A stretch of DNA of 64,000 nt. Origin: Chiloscyllium plagiosum (Eukaryota). Positions 28,401 through 42,165 of the stretch are shown in pieces; the stretch's first letter is position 1; each line of letters opens with the position of its first letter. The position numbers were made by a program, and so were the translations under genes. The DNA lies in contig NC_057750.1 of the NCBI RefSeq assembly GCF_004010195.1, positions 11,631,144 through 11,695,143 on the forward strand. The letters run 5' to 3'. The notes under the pieces are model-generated. The model saw only the letters and a list, made by a program, of their open reading frames with translations. It had not been told where the DNA came from and did not search any database.

Positions 28401-28959
28401 GAAGCACACTTATTGGTTTTCTGATCAGATGGAAGTGTGTTTGAATAAGAAAGGCAAAATGCAAGCAATTTGTGTAGTATCTTGAAAACAAAGCATTGGA
28501 AGGCATTATAAGACAAAAGTTGCTTCAAGCCATGAAAGTAGATATTAGGTCAAGTGACAACAAGCTTAATTAATGTGGTAGAAGTGTCCTAATGAGGTAG
28601 AACAAATAATGTGGAATTTAGGGCTCAGGCCACACTGAAGATGTGGTTACTATGATCGGTAAAATACTTTGAAGCGAGGCTATTCATGTGGCTAAAACTG
28701 GAGGAACAACTGGTGTAAAACCAGCCAGTTTACTTCTTTTCTCCCTCGCTATCCAAGGCCCCAGACACATCCTCTTGGTGAAGCAGTAATTTATCTGCAC
28801 TTGGCTCAAATCTAATTTGCTGCATTCGCTGCTCAATGTGGTCTCTTCTGCACTGGGGAGACAAAACATAGACTGGGCAACTGCTTTGGAGAACGGCTAG
28901 ATTGTGTCAGCAAAAATGACCCTGAGCTTCTGAATACTTGACACTTTGGTGCCACCACT

Positions 28960-29425
28960 GTATTCCCTGGCCAACATCTGTCTCTGGCTTGCTGCAGTGC
29001 TGCAGTAAAACTCTGTCAGCTGGAAGAACAGTACCTCATTTTCCATCGGGGATCCTGCAGCTTTCAGAGCTCACTATCAAGTTCAATCATTTTAGGGCCT
29101 GAGCACCTTTTTATGTCCTTCTCCCAAAACCCACACATCAGGCCTTGTCATCACATGAGCTGATGCTGCAAACCACCCATTGTCAGCTATTCTATTAGCA
29201 GCTATTGATTTTCCTAGGCTTAACCATTATCCATTCCTCTGCCATTCTCGCGCGCTCTCTCTGGTCTCTATTACCACCTACCATTTAAAACTCCCCCCAA
29301 CCCCATCTTCAGCATTTTCTAGCTACAGTCAGTTCTGAAGAAGGGTCCCCTTGACCTAAAATGCTTTCTGTCCACAGATACTCCTAGACCTGCTGAGTTT
29401 CTCAAGCAATTTCTGTTTTTATCTC
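28960..29425 (+). mobile_element. Penelope-like element 3' remnant (endonuclease C-terminus plus pseudo-LTR)
   Basis: CTGGAAGAACAGTACCTCATTTTC translates LEEQYLIF, resembling the PLE C-terminal 'LEEQHLIFRLGTL..GLN' motif; decayed CTGAAGA-AGGGTC..GACC core at ~29335. Confidence 0.6.
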
Positions 29426-31634
29426 AGACAGCTGTGGGGCTGAAGGAAACTACATCCTGCTCCTGACCACTCAGCTCTGCTGGAATGTGTGTGTGCAAGC
29501 ACCCATCTGTGGACCGGATACATACAGGCACAGTCTGCTGGCTTGAAATACACTGATATGTCCATTTTACTGTGGAGGACAGCACCAGGCAATCTGACTC
29601 GGGAAATTCACACATGGAGCCATGTGGGCGACCTTTAGTCCAGAGAGCTTTATCCATCCTGTACTGATCTGTCTTATTTTTCTCCTCAACCTGTCCTGTG
29701 ACAGGACACTGGGAGTCCCAGCACCCCTGCCTAAACTCCCCTGTGATTCATCTAACCTGCTTCAGTTGCTACGAGAAATTACAACTGTGAAGAAAAACTG
29801 AGGCTCTTTCACAAACTGGAAATGAAGCAAAAAGGTTTGAAAGATTAAAGAACAAATTTTAAGAGAGCAAAGAGTAAATGATTTAACTGGTTAGTGAATT
29901 AGTAACTAGGAGGCACTGACTGAGGGTATCACGGCAGGAACAAAAAAAGGAAAGTCAGCTTTTTTTCAAAGAGACACATGGAACGTTTTAACACAGCTGC
30001 TAACATGTCAAAGTCCGAAACACGTTTTGAAATAGAATTGGGTAAATATTTGAAAAGAAGGAACAGAAAGAGGTACACAGAAAGGGAAGTGAGATGACAT
30101 TAAAGCAGACAGGTTGAGTTGCTATTGGCACCAAGACCAAAAGGCCTTCCTGTGTTTAACTTTTAATCATTCTGCAATATGGTTACTTATTTCACAAAGT
30201 GGTACTCGCTTCTCTTTAAGGTAGAACACAAACCCGTTAAAGGTTTTGCTGCTGCAGGAGGAGGAAACCAGAGCCATTTTCTGACTTCAGTGACTTAAAT
30301 AGAGAAAAGCAGCACAATTAATATTTTAAAGAGAAATTTGTGATTTCCTGAATGACTGATTGTGTTGTCTGGTGTGCTACCTGGACATACGATCCTGGGA
30401 GGCCCCAGTGGTCAGTTCCTGGTCTATGCTGAGAGGGTGGTTCATCAGCCTGGTTTCCTCTCCTTCACTGCAGTCCAGAGACCTTTCCCGGAATGTCTTG
30501 TGTGTCCAATGATCTGAATAGAGGACAGGATCAGATTATGCTGTACTACTCTCTCTGATGAATTAGACTGCTGATTCAAACACAATGTAAGTTCAATCTC
30601 AGACAGTGTGTGGCAGCCAGACCCACTAACAAATAGCAATGCCTTAGGAGAGATGGGGAAATGATTGGGGAGTGGGTGAGAGGCATAAAGGCACCATTTA
30701 GGAAAATAACACCATTTTTAAATTATAGACTAGGTACTGTCCCACTGCATGGAAGAAGCCATTATGAAATAGCAGGCTGGTGCTGTCTGCTCTTAATGAG
30801 TCAAATAATTAAACACTGATTCATCATTATTCTAATGTTGGATGACTCATGAGTGAATTACTAGAATTTGTCACTTTAATATTGCATGCATCTTTACATT
30901 GTGATGCACTTGAATAAAAATCCCCAGAGCTCCTTATCTGTGCAGCATCTCGCCAATATCGTAGCAGGAAATGTGAGACCGGTTCAAGTATAGGATTAAA
31001 ACAGAAAAGATTAATGGGCTGTCTTCACTGGAAAAGACCACTTTTGGTCTTTAAAATTATGAAAGTGTTCAATAGGGTAGACATTGAGCAGATGTTTCCA
31101 CTTGTGGGGAGTGCAAAACTAAGGGCTAAAAATGTAAGATGGTTCACAAATAAATCACATCATTTGCTGCCCATATGTAATCACCCGTTAGTAGAAGAAA
31201 TTTGGTAGGCCATTTCAGGGGCAGTTAAGAGTCAACCACATTGATATGGGTCTGGAGTCCCACATTGGTCAGGATGACAAATTTCCTTCCTTGAATGTTT
31301 TTACAACAAATCTTGAAGTAATTTTTGTTACTCAAATAGAAATCTGGAGAACACGTGTTTGAATCCCGCAACTGCAGTTTGGGAAATTGAGTTAAGCCTT
31401 CTTTTGGGGACATGAATTGAAAAGGGAGGAAAGAAAGATGGTGGTGTAGGGAACCTGCTGTGATTTTATTGAATATTACAGCAGGTTTGAAGGTGTTTCT
31501 CTAACTCATGTTTTGATGAGAAATTCAGAAGATACTGTTTTGCCCAGAGAGTGGTGAGCAAACATTATCCCTGTGTTTGCTGTAAAAACCTTTAATTAAT
31601 GGATAATCAGTCTTCGTTCAATTTAATTCACTCC

Positions 31635-33110
31635 ACATAGTATCAAGAAATGGTTAGGGGCACTGGATACTGCAAAGACTTTGAGCCCTGACAACATTCC
31701 GGCTATAGGACTGTATGCTTATGCTCCAAAATCAAGTACAATTACAACACTGGCATTTACCCGGCAATGAGGAAAATTTTCCAGGTATGTCTTATACCCA
31801 AAAAAAAGGACAAATCCAACCTGGCCAATTAAAACCCACCAGTTTATTCTCGATCATCAGTAAAGTGATGGAAGATGTAATTAACAGTGCTATTAAACAG
31901 CACCTGCTCAGCAATAGCTTGCTCAGCTTGAGTTCCACCAGGGCCAGTCAGCTCCTGACCTCATTACAGCCTTGGTCCAAACATGGATAAAGAGCTGAAT
32001 TCCAGAGGCGAGGGGAGAGTGACAGCCTTTGACATCAAGGTTGCATTCAACCAAATGTGGCATCAAGGAGCCCTAGCAAAACTGGGTATTGGAGCAAACC
32101 CTCTGCTGGTTATAGTCAAACCTGACACATAGGAAGATAGTTGTGGATTTTGGAGATCAGACATTCAGCTCCAAGACATCTCTGCAGAAGTTCCTCGGTG
32201 TCCTAGGCCCAACCATCTTCAGCTGCTTCATCAATAACCTTCTGTCTATCATCCGATCAGAAGTGGGAATATTTGCTCATGATTGCTAAATGTTCGGCAA
32301 CATTTACAACTCCTCAAACACTGAAGAAATCCATGTTCAAATGCAACAAGATCTGGACAATATCCAGGCTTAGGCTGACAAGTGGCAAATAATCTCAAGT
32401 GCCAGATAATGACCATCTCTAATAAGAGACAATCCAACCACCATCCTTTGACATTCAATGGTATTACCATCACTGAATCCCCCATGATCAACATCCTGGG
32501 GTTACCATTGAAGAAACTGAACTGGGCTCACAATGTAAACAGTGGCCCCAAGAGCAGTTCAGAGGCTAGGAATACTACCTGACTCCCCAAAACGTTTGTC
32601 CACTATCGACAAGGCACAAGTCCAGGACTGTGATGGAATACTCCCCACTTGCCTGGATGGGTGCAGCTCCAACAACACTCAAGAAGCCTGACACCATCCA
32701 AGACGAAGCAGCCCGCTTAATTGGCACCACATCCACAAGCACTCCCTCCCTCCCTCCACCACCAAAGCTCAGCAGTAGTAGTGTGTACTATCTCCAGGAT
32801 GCTCTGCAGAAATTCATTAAAGATCGCATGTTCTAAACCTATGGCCACTTCCATCTAGAAGGACAAGGGCAACAGACACACGGGAGCATCACCTCCTGCA
32901 AGTTCCCCTCGAAGTTCACCATCCTGACTTGGAAATAGGTTGCCTTTCTTTCACTGTCGCTTGGTCACAATCCTGGAATTCCCTCCCTATGGGCACTATG
33001 GGTCAACTTTTAGCATGTGGATTGCAGAGATTCAAGCTCATCACCAGTTTCTGAAGGGGCAGCTAGGAAGGGCACTAAGTGCTAGCCCAGGCAGCAACAT
33101 CCATTTCTCT
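31635..33110 (+). mobile_element. Decayed LINE of a second CR1-type family (RT to 3' end)
   Basis: Remnants PTSLFSIISKVME, AFDIK..FNQMWHQG, MEYSPLAWMGAAPTTLKK..IQDEAARLIG; its 3' tail resembles that of SINE family B. Confidence 0.8.
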
Positions 33111-34029
33111 TTGATTAGATTAGATTTGAGTGAACATGAAAGAGAATCTCTCAACATCTTTTCTCAAAATAGGAGACTTAGCCTCAACTATCTGTTCATA
33201 TGGATACCCTGGTATTTTTGGTAGAGTTCTTATACATCGGTTCTGCACCTTCTCCAGTGCCTCTATCTGTTTTTATAATATGGCAACCTGGACTATGGCA
33301 GTACTCTTAAGAGTAGTCAAACCCTTGTTCGACACAGATTTGGCATTATAACCCTACTTTTCAATTCTATCCCTCTAGAAATAAAGCATAGTATTTGGAA
33401 TAGGCAAGAGAATTGGAATGCAGAGTTCTAGAGCTTGAATGAGGTGATGAAGATAGGAAGGGGTGAGAAAACATTTGAGCACAAGGATGAGAATTTTTAA
33501 ATACTAGACATTGACAATAGAGGAAACAATGTAGGCTTCCAAGTGCCACGGGGTAATGGGGCAAACAAGACATACTGCAAGTCAAGGTGGATGGACTCAG
33601 GTTTAGAGAGGGTGGATGACAGGAAGTCAGTTTAGGAAAGTAAGAAAATAAATCAGTTTTTACCTAACATCTGTCCATTGTGGTTGTAGGTTAGTTACAG
33701 GAGCTCAGATCCCTGTTCCATGACTCTAAGAGGATCTGATTAACAGCACCAGTCCATTCAGCACTCAGCTAATTAAATGCAGTTGCCACAAGGAACCACT
33801 GGAGGAGCTTTAATAGCAATGTTAAAGGGACAGTCCACCATCTGGCAATCTGCCAAGCTTAAATAAGAAGACAATGAATGCTTCAAGACTGTATCCACCA
33901 ACACAAGGTGACAAACCAAAATTCTCAGAATGGAGTTGGAAAAAGAGAAGGAAGTTCCTTCCATTAGATTGTAGCTCCTGAATGTCCTGATTTGTTGGCT
34001 CTCTGTAAAGGGTTGCAGTCTCTCCCACT

Positions 34030-37000
34030 CGTGTGGACATGGAGAAGATATTTTCACTAGTACGAGAGACTAGGACCCAAGGGCTCAGCCTCAGAGTGAA
34101 AAGACTACCCTTTAGAACTGAAAATGAGGAGAAATTTCTTCAGCCAGAGAGTGATGAATCTGTGGAACTCATTGCCATAAAAGGCTGGGAATTCCAAGTC
34201 GACAAATGTATCTGAGACAGGTTAGGTAAGTTCTTGATTAGGAAGGGGAATCAAATGTCACAGAGAGAAGGCAGAAAAATGGGCTTGACAAACATATCAG
34301 CCACAATTGAATGGGAGAGACAAAACAACTGCAGATAGAGTCATAGAGATGTACAGCACGGAAACAGACCCCTTGGTCCAACCCTTCCATGCCGACCAGA
34401 TATCCCAATTCAATCTAGTCCCACTGCCAACACCTGGCCATATCCCTCCAAATCCTTCCTATTATTATACCCAACCAAATGCCTCTTCAATGTTGCAATT
34501 GTACTAACCTCCACCACTTCCTCTGCAGCTCATTCCATACACATCCCACCTTCTGCATGAAAACGTTGTCTCTTAGGTCTCTTTTATATCTTTCCCCTCT
34601 CACCCAAGACCTATGCCCTCTAGTTCTGGACTCCACCATCCCAGGGAAAAGACTTTGTCCAATTATCCTATCCATGCCCCTCATGATTTGTGAACCTCTA
34701 TATGGTCACCCCTCAGCCTCAGACACTCCAGGGAAAACAGCCCCAGCCTATTCAGCATCTCCCGATAGCTCAAATCCTCCAACCCAGGCAACATCCTTGC
34801 AAATCTTCTCTGAACCCTCTCAAGTTTCACAACATCTTTCCGATGGGAAGGAGACCAGAATTACACGCAATATTCCAACAGTGGCCTAATCAATGTCCTG
34901 TACAGCCTCAACATGACCTCCCAACTCCTGTACTCAATACTCAAAACAGTAAAGGAAAGCATACCAAACGCCTTCTTCACTGTCCTATCTACCTGCAACT
35001 CCACTTTCAAGGAGCTATGAACCTGCACTCCAAGGTGTCTTTGTTCAGCAATACTCCCTAGGACCTTACCATTAAGTGTATAAGTCCTGCTAAGATTTGC
35101 CTTCCCAAAATGCAGCACCGCGCATTTATCTGAATTAAACTCCATCTGCCACTTCTCAGCCCATTGGCCCATCTGGTCAAGATCCTATTCTAATCTGAGG
35201 TACCCAACTTTGGTGTAATCTGCAAATTTACTAACTGTACCTCTTATGCTTACATCCAAATCATTTATATAAATGGCAAAAAGTAGTGGACCCTGCACCA
35301 ATCCTTGTGACACTCCACTGGTCACAGGCCTCCAGTCTGAAAAACAACCCTCCACCACCACCCTCTGTCTTCTACCTTTGGCCCAGTTCTCTATCCAAAT
35401 GGCTAGTTCTCCCTGTATTCCATGAGATCTAACGTTGCTAACCAGTCTCCCATGGGGAACCTTGTCAAATGCCTTACTGAAGTCCATGTAGATCATCTAC
35501 TGCTCTGCCATATCAATCCTCTTTGTTACTTCTTCAAAAAACATAATCAAGTTTGTCAGACATGATTTCCCACACATAAAGCCATGTTGACTATCCTAAT
35601 CAGTCCTTGCCTTTCCAAATACATGTACATCCTGTCCCTCAGGATTCTCTCCAACAATTTGCCCACCACCGACGTCAGGCTCACTGGTCTATAGTTCCCT
35701 GGCTTGTCCTTACCGCCTTTCTTAAACAGTGGCACTATGTTAGCTAATCTCCAGTCTTCTGGCACCTCACCTATGACTATCGATGATACAAATATCTCAG
35801 TAAGAGGCTCAGCAATCACTTCCCTAGCTTCCCACAGAGTTCTAGGGTACATCTGATCAGGCCCTGGAGATTTATCTACTTTTATGCATTTCAAGACATC
35901 CAGCACTTCCTCCTCTTGTAATATGGACACTTTTCAAGATGTCACCATCTACATTCTATATCTTCCATATCCTTTTCCACAATAAATACTGATGCAAAAT
36001 AATCACTTAGTATCTCCCCCATTTTCTGCGGCTCCACACAAAGGCTGCTTTGATGATCTTTGAGGGGCCCTATTCTCTCCTTAGTTGCCCTTTTGTCCTT
36101 AATGTATTTGTAAAACCTCTTTGGATTGTCCTTAACTCTATTTGCCAAAGCTATCTCATGTCCCCTTTTTGCCCTCCTGATTTCCCTCTTAAGTGTACTC
36201 TTACTGCCTTTATACTCTTCTAAGGATTCATTCGATCTATCCTGTCTGACCTGACATATGCTTCCTTTTTTTTAAACCAAACCCTCAATTTCTTTAGTCA
36301 TCCAGCATTCCCTATACCTTTCAGCCTTTCAATCTAACAGGAATATAATTTCTCTGGACTCTCGTTTTCTCATTTCTGAAGGCTTCCCATTTTCCAGCCA
36401 TCCCTTTACCTGTGAACATATGCCCCCAATCAGCTTTTGAAAGTTCTTGCCCAATACCGTCAAAATTGGCCTTTCTCCAATTTAGAACTTCAACTTTTAG
36501 ATCTGGTCTATCCTTTTCCATCACTATTTTAAAACAAATAGAATTATGATCGCTGGCCCCCCGACTGACACCTCAGTCACCTGCCCTGCCTTATTTCCCA
36601 AGAGTAGGTCAAATTTTGCACCTTCTCTAGTAGGTACATCCACACACTGAATGAGAAAAGTTTCTTGGACACACTGAACAAATTCCTCTCCATCTATATC
36701 TTAACACTATGACAGTCCCGGTCTATATTTGGAAAGTTAAAATCCCCTACCATAACCACCCTATTATTCTTACAGATAACTGAGATCTCCTTACAAATTT
36801 GTTTCTCAATTTCCCTCTGATTATTAGGTGGTCTATATTACAATCCCAATAAGGCGATCATCCCTTTCTTATTTCTCAGTTCCACACAAATAACCTCTCT
36901 GGATGTATTTCCGGGAATATCCTCCCTCAGTACTGTTATAATGCTATCCCTTATCAAAAACGCCACTCCCCCTCCTCTCTTGCCTCCCTTTCTATCCCTC

Positions 37001-37620
37001 CTGTAGCATTTGTATCCTGGAACATTAAGTTGCCAGTCCTGCCCATCCCTGAGCCATGTTTCTGTAATTGCTTTGATATCCCAGTCCCATTTTCCTAACC
37101 ATGTCCTAAGTTCATCTGCCTCCCCTGGTAGGCCCCTTGCATTGAAATAAATGCAGTTTAATTTTTCAGTCCTACCTTGTCCCTGCCTGCCCTGACTGTT
37201 TGACTTGCTTCTGTCTGTAATTGCTTTGATATCCCAGTCCCATTTTCCTAACCATGTCGTAAGTTCATCTGCCTCCCCTGGTAGACCCCTTGCATTGAAA
37301 TAAATGCAGTTTAATTTATCAGTCCTACCTTGTCCCTGCCTGCCCTGACTGTTTGACTTGCTTCTGTTCTCAACTGTAGCAGTCTCAGATTGATCGTTTT
37401 CTCACTATCTCCCTGCGTGCCACTCGCCCCACCTTACTAGTTTAAATCTTCCCGAGCAGCTCTAGCAAATCTCCCTGCCAGTATATTAGTCCCCTTCCAA
37501 TTTGAGTCCAAGAGGTTTGTCTACCTTGGTGTGTCCTTCCAGCCTCCTGCCTGTCTACAATTGAATGGCAGTGCAGAATTGATGGGTCAAGTAGCCTAAT
37601 TCTGCTCCTATGTCTGATAG
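34030..37620 (+). mobile_element. Old CR1 3' fragment (34030-34314, resumes 37557-37620) split by nested insertions
   Basis: ACAATTGAATGG duplicated at 34303-34314 and 37557-37568; the CR1 3' UTR sequence continues across the break. Confidence 0.7.
34337..37502 (-). mobile_element. HER1-like CR1 LINE, ~3.2 kb (ORF1 end plus near-complete decayed ORF2)
   Basis: ORF pieces [55 protein letters not shown]; tail CTCTATGACTCTAT; 153-bp internal tandem duplication. Confidence 0.95.
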
Positions 37621-39279
37621 TTTTATGATACGAGAAAAAAATGTTTCATACAGCAAGATCTGGCAAGCACTGCGTGAGAGTACGGAGGCTGAAACAATCA
37701 AAGGGGAATTAGACGGTTCTCTGAAAAGGAAGAATGTTGAAGGTGGTAGAATGGCACCAAGTGAATTCTGTTACCAGGATTCTTGTGAAAGCAGTCTTTC
37801 ATGTATGTGAACAAAGAGGAAAAGATAGACTACCCTTGTCTGAGCAGGAAGATTGTCTCTGTCTGTGAGATATTGTACTTTAATCCCAGTTAATACATCC
37901 CAAATAAACCCAAAAGTGGGAACCTCTGAGCTGTGAGATCCACCTCTTCTAATTATCTTAATTGGTATTTTAGTCAGCTGACTCATTATATAATAGGCTT
38001 GGTTAAGAATGTGTAAAATCCAAAATATCCCACTAATTACTTACAGTGATAGCAATGTGCCTATCCAACTTCTTCAATATTCTTTCATGGGACGTGGGCA
38101 TCAGTGGCAAGATCAGCATTTGTTTCCCATCCCTAATTGCCCTTGAATGGTGTAGCTTGCTAGGCCATTTAAGAGGATAGCTAAGAGTAAACCACATAAT
38201 TGTTGGTCTGGGGTTACGAGTAGGCCAGACAAGGTAAACATGGCAGGTTTTCTTCCCTAAGAGATAGTAGTGAAGCAGATGGGATTTTTAAAATGACGGT
38301 TGATGATGACTTCATGGTCACCATTATTGATTCAAGGCTTGTACTATTTTAATGAACCAATTAAAGACCATAAATGAAATTAATTAATAAATAACATTAA
38401 CGAGAGACAGCTCCTTCAACGGCCACTGTAACACAGTGTAATCTTTAAGGGGAACTTGTCGAATTAAATCAAAATGTTGTTTTTGGGGGCGAGAGGATGC
38501 ACCCCAGTCCTTGTGGTATCCACTGCTTATGGAAAATCCAAAGTTTACCAATAAACACTGCATGCTCTTCCTTCAGGGACATCAAAACCCAGAGATAATC
38601 CTGGACGGGAGACAGGATGTTGGGTCTTATGACCCAACTCCATGACCCAGTGCCTGGAGTTGTTAATGACCCAATTAGATCGGCCCAAGATCAGAGCCAT
38701 GAGGAGGTTTTCTGATCTTCTCCCCACCCCCCACTATCCAATTCTCCACATTGCACAATCAAACCATCAGGGGTGTGGGGCTGAAGTGCAGCCAAAAAAA
38801 AATTGAGAAAGAGTTCCCTCAAATATCAAAATACTTGCTGTGATCTAACACACCCTGTGTATGTGTGTGCCACAGACTCCTCAAGACCGCAAATAATATA
38901 CAGGCAACCTGGGAGTCTGGGAACAATTTTAACCTTCCATTGCATGGGACTGCTGTATGTAACACCCTCCATGCCAAAGCCAAAGTAATAGGAAGGACTT
39001 CCAACCAGGGCCCCCTACCACTTCTGGACAGCAATACAGACTGGCACAGTGAGTGCGGATAAGAGTCGAAGGTGAGGAAATAAAAGCGATGCAGCAATAA
39101 CCTACAGATGAAACTCCTGTACTTCAGAAGGGAATGGCATGGTCTGAATTTCACGAGATGGCTCCAAGTGTGGGGCTGGGGTTTCCACGGGGGACAATGT
39201 GAATTCCTTTTCCAAAGGGGATCAGTTCGAACATGAATCCGCTGCATGTGAGGAGAGATTGGGTCAATCAGCCCCATAT

Positions 39280-39680
39280 TCATTGGGGTTTAGAAGAATG
39301 AAACGGCACCTCATTGAAACATAGAGATTGCTGACAGGCTGGATGGACTGGATGCAGGGATGATATTTCCCTTGGCCGAGGAGTCTAGAACAAAGTGGTC
39401 ATGGTCTCAGGATATAGGATAGGCCATTTCAGACTTAGCTGAGGAGAACATTTGTCATTCAGAGGGTACTGATCCTATGGAATTCTCTTATATGGAAGGC
39501 CACAGAGTTGAAGTCACTGGATATATTTAAATAATAAATAGATTTCTAGACATTAGAGGTGTCAAGGGGCAAGCAAAGAATATGGGTATATGGTGTTGAG
39601 AAGATCAGCCATGAATGGTGGACTAGGATCAGTGGGTTGAATGACCAACTTTTGCTTCTACGTTGCATGTTTTTATCTTG
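39280..39680 (+). mobile_element. Old CR1 3' fragment
   Basis: SLGFRRMKRHLIETYRL-like remnant followed by a CR1 3' UTR. Confidence 0.7.
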
Positions 39681-39987
39681 AGATGCGTAACATACAAGCT
39701 CTTGCGGTATCTCTCTGCTTTCCAGTATATCATCCATTCTGATCACCAATGTGGCATCTTTCTCTCTCCCTCTCCTTCACTGTGCACCTTCCTGAAAAAT
39801 GCTTTGGGAGATCCTGAGGTTGTGAAGGATGCTATATAAATGCAAGTCCTTCTTCCATCAAGTGGTCAGCATTCATAACTTGCAAAATAGAGGAAATAGA
39901 TGCTCTTTATTTGATATGCAGAGTGTCTGTTGAGCAATGGGTACAAGATATCTAGGCCAGGTTTCTTGATCATAGAACATAGCCTTG

Positions 39988-40357
39988 TCATAGAATCATA
40001 GAATCTCTACAGTGTGGAAGAGGCCATTTGACCATCAAGTCCACACCAAGCCCCCCCTCCAAAATAAAGCAACCCACCCAGACCTCTATCAATGGTCAAC
40101 GAATGGCAGAACACTATGAAGTTCAGAGGAGCAGAGGGATCCTGGGGAATTTATCCACAGATCCATGAAGATGGCAGGACAGGTTAATAGAAGGCAATAC
40201 AGGGCACTTGCCTTTATTAGTCATGGCATAGATTATAAGAACAGGGTTATCCCTGTAACCCTGCATTTCCCATGGCTGACCCACCTAGCCTACACATCCC
40301 TGAACACAATAGGAAATTTAGCATTGGCCAATCCACCTAACCTGCATATCTCTGGAC
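39988..40357 (-). mobile_element. HE1-type SINE 3' half carrying a 156-bp captured segment
   Basis: HE1 tail at ~39988-40090 and ~40247-40357; 40091-40246 matches 41457-41612. Confidence 0.75.
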
Positions 40358-41179
40358 TAGATAGAAACAAATAAGATTTAAAGGGATGAACAGGAAAATG
40401 TTTGCACTCAGGTGAAGTTCCTTTGTATGTCTTTCATTACAGTTGGTGCACGTAGCCTGGATGTCCTACTCAAAATCAGAAGCTTCAATCTCAATTTGGG
40501 GATAAAAAAATTAAATGGTAATAGGCTCATCTCTGAGAAGTTTCTGGGTTCAACGACAACTCTCAGATCCCAGATCCAGGATGAAACCTCAGCTCCGGAC
40601 TATGGGGCAATGTGCTGTCTTTTAAATCAGAAGTTTTCAATTTCAGGGGAAGACCATGGGATTCTCTTGATGTCTTGCACATATCAATCTCTTCCCAATT
40701 ACTGACTGGAATAAGGGCAAGTAATGTATTGCCCAGATGAGACAAATAAACCGAGGCCCTTTCCTCTCAGGTTGATGTGAAGAGTGCCGCTGAAATAAAA
40801 ATATTAATTGGCTTTAAAATGCTTTGGGACATCTCAGAATGGGAACAGGCAACATAGTGGCGTTCTGGAGGCAAGCAGTATGAAGGTATAATCCCCAACC
40901 AGAGGAGGGGGAAGGTATCTCACATCTGGGGGAGGAAGAGACTGAGGTGTAACTCCTGTCCAATACTGCCCTCTCCTACCCAGCCTGGGCCGACGGTGAG
41001 TGTGTCAGCCTCAGAGTCCCTGACCGTGCGCCGGGGTGGTGCTGCAAACACCCAGTCAGTGCCCAGCAACACCCTGTTAGTATCAAGCACACATGGTTCC
41101 ACTCAGACAGACAGGGGTGCAGCACCTTTGGGTGCTGCAAAAACTGCCAATGTCTGTGTAAGGAGACAGTAGGCGGTGT

Positions 41180-42165
41180 TAGAAGGCTGTGTGTGTGATT
41201 GGAGGCTGGTGTCCAGTGGTGTACCTCAGAGATCAGTGCCGGGTCCCTTTCTGTCCCTAATAAAGGATGCAAAAGAAAATGTGGTGGGATAAGTAAATTT
41301 ATGGATGAAACAAAAATTGGCCAGGTGGTTGACAGTGAAGAAGAAGACCTTGGAGTTGCTGAAGGGTACAGACAGATTAGTCAGATCAGCGGCAGATGGA
41401 ATTTAACACTGATAAATGTGAGATTATGCATTTTAGTAGAAGGATCAAGACAAGGGAATGGTCAACGGATGGCAGAACACTATGAAGCTCAGAGGAGCAG
41501 AGGGATCCTGGGGAATTTATCCACAGATCCATGAAGATGGCAGGACAGGTTAATAGAAGGCAATACAGGGCACTTGCCTTTATTAGTCGTGGCATAGATT
41601 ATAAGAACAGGGAGGTCATGTTGGAATTGTACAAAGCTTTGGTCAGGCCACAGCTGGAGAACTATGTGCAGTTCTGGTCACCACTCCTTAGGAAGGATGT
41701 GATTGCACTGGAGAGGGTGCAGAGGAGATTCATTGAGATGGAGCATCTCAGCAATAAAGAGAGGCTGGAATAGCCTGGCTTGTTTTCTTTAGAGCAGAGA
41801 AGGCTGAGAGGGGATCTGATAGAGTTGTATAAAATTATGAGGGCCATGGACACATGAATAGAAAATAACTGTTCCCCAGTCAGTAACAAGGGGGCATACT
41901 TTTGAGGTGAAAGGAAATAGGTTTAGAGGATGTTTGAAGAAATTCTTTTTCACTCAGAGGGCAATGGGAATTTGGAATGCGCTGCCTGAAAAAGCATGAA
42001 ATCTCACAACCTTTAAAAAATACTTGGATGAGCATTTAAAATGTCATAATATTCACAGCTATGAGCCAAGTGCTGGAAAGTGGGACTAGTGTAGATTTAG
42101 AGTAGTTTATTGTCAGTGCAGATTCAATGGGCCAAAGGGCCTCTTCTGTACCGTATAATTCTATA
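41180..42165 (+). mobile_element. Decayed CR1 (RT C-terminal half and 3' UTR)
   Basis: ISKFMDETKIG, LYKALVRPQLENYVQFWSP, LEQRRLRGDLIE. Confidence 0.88.
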
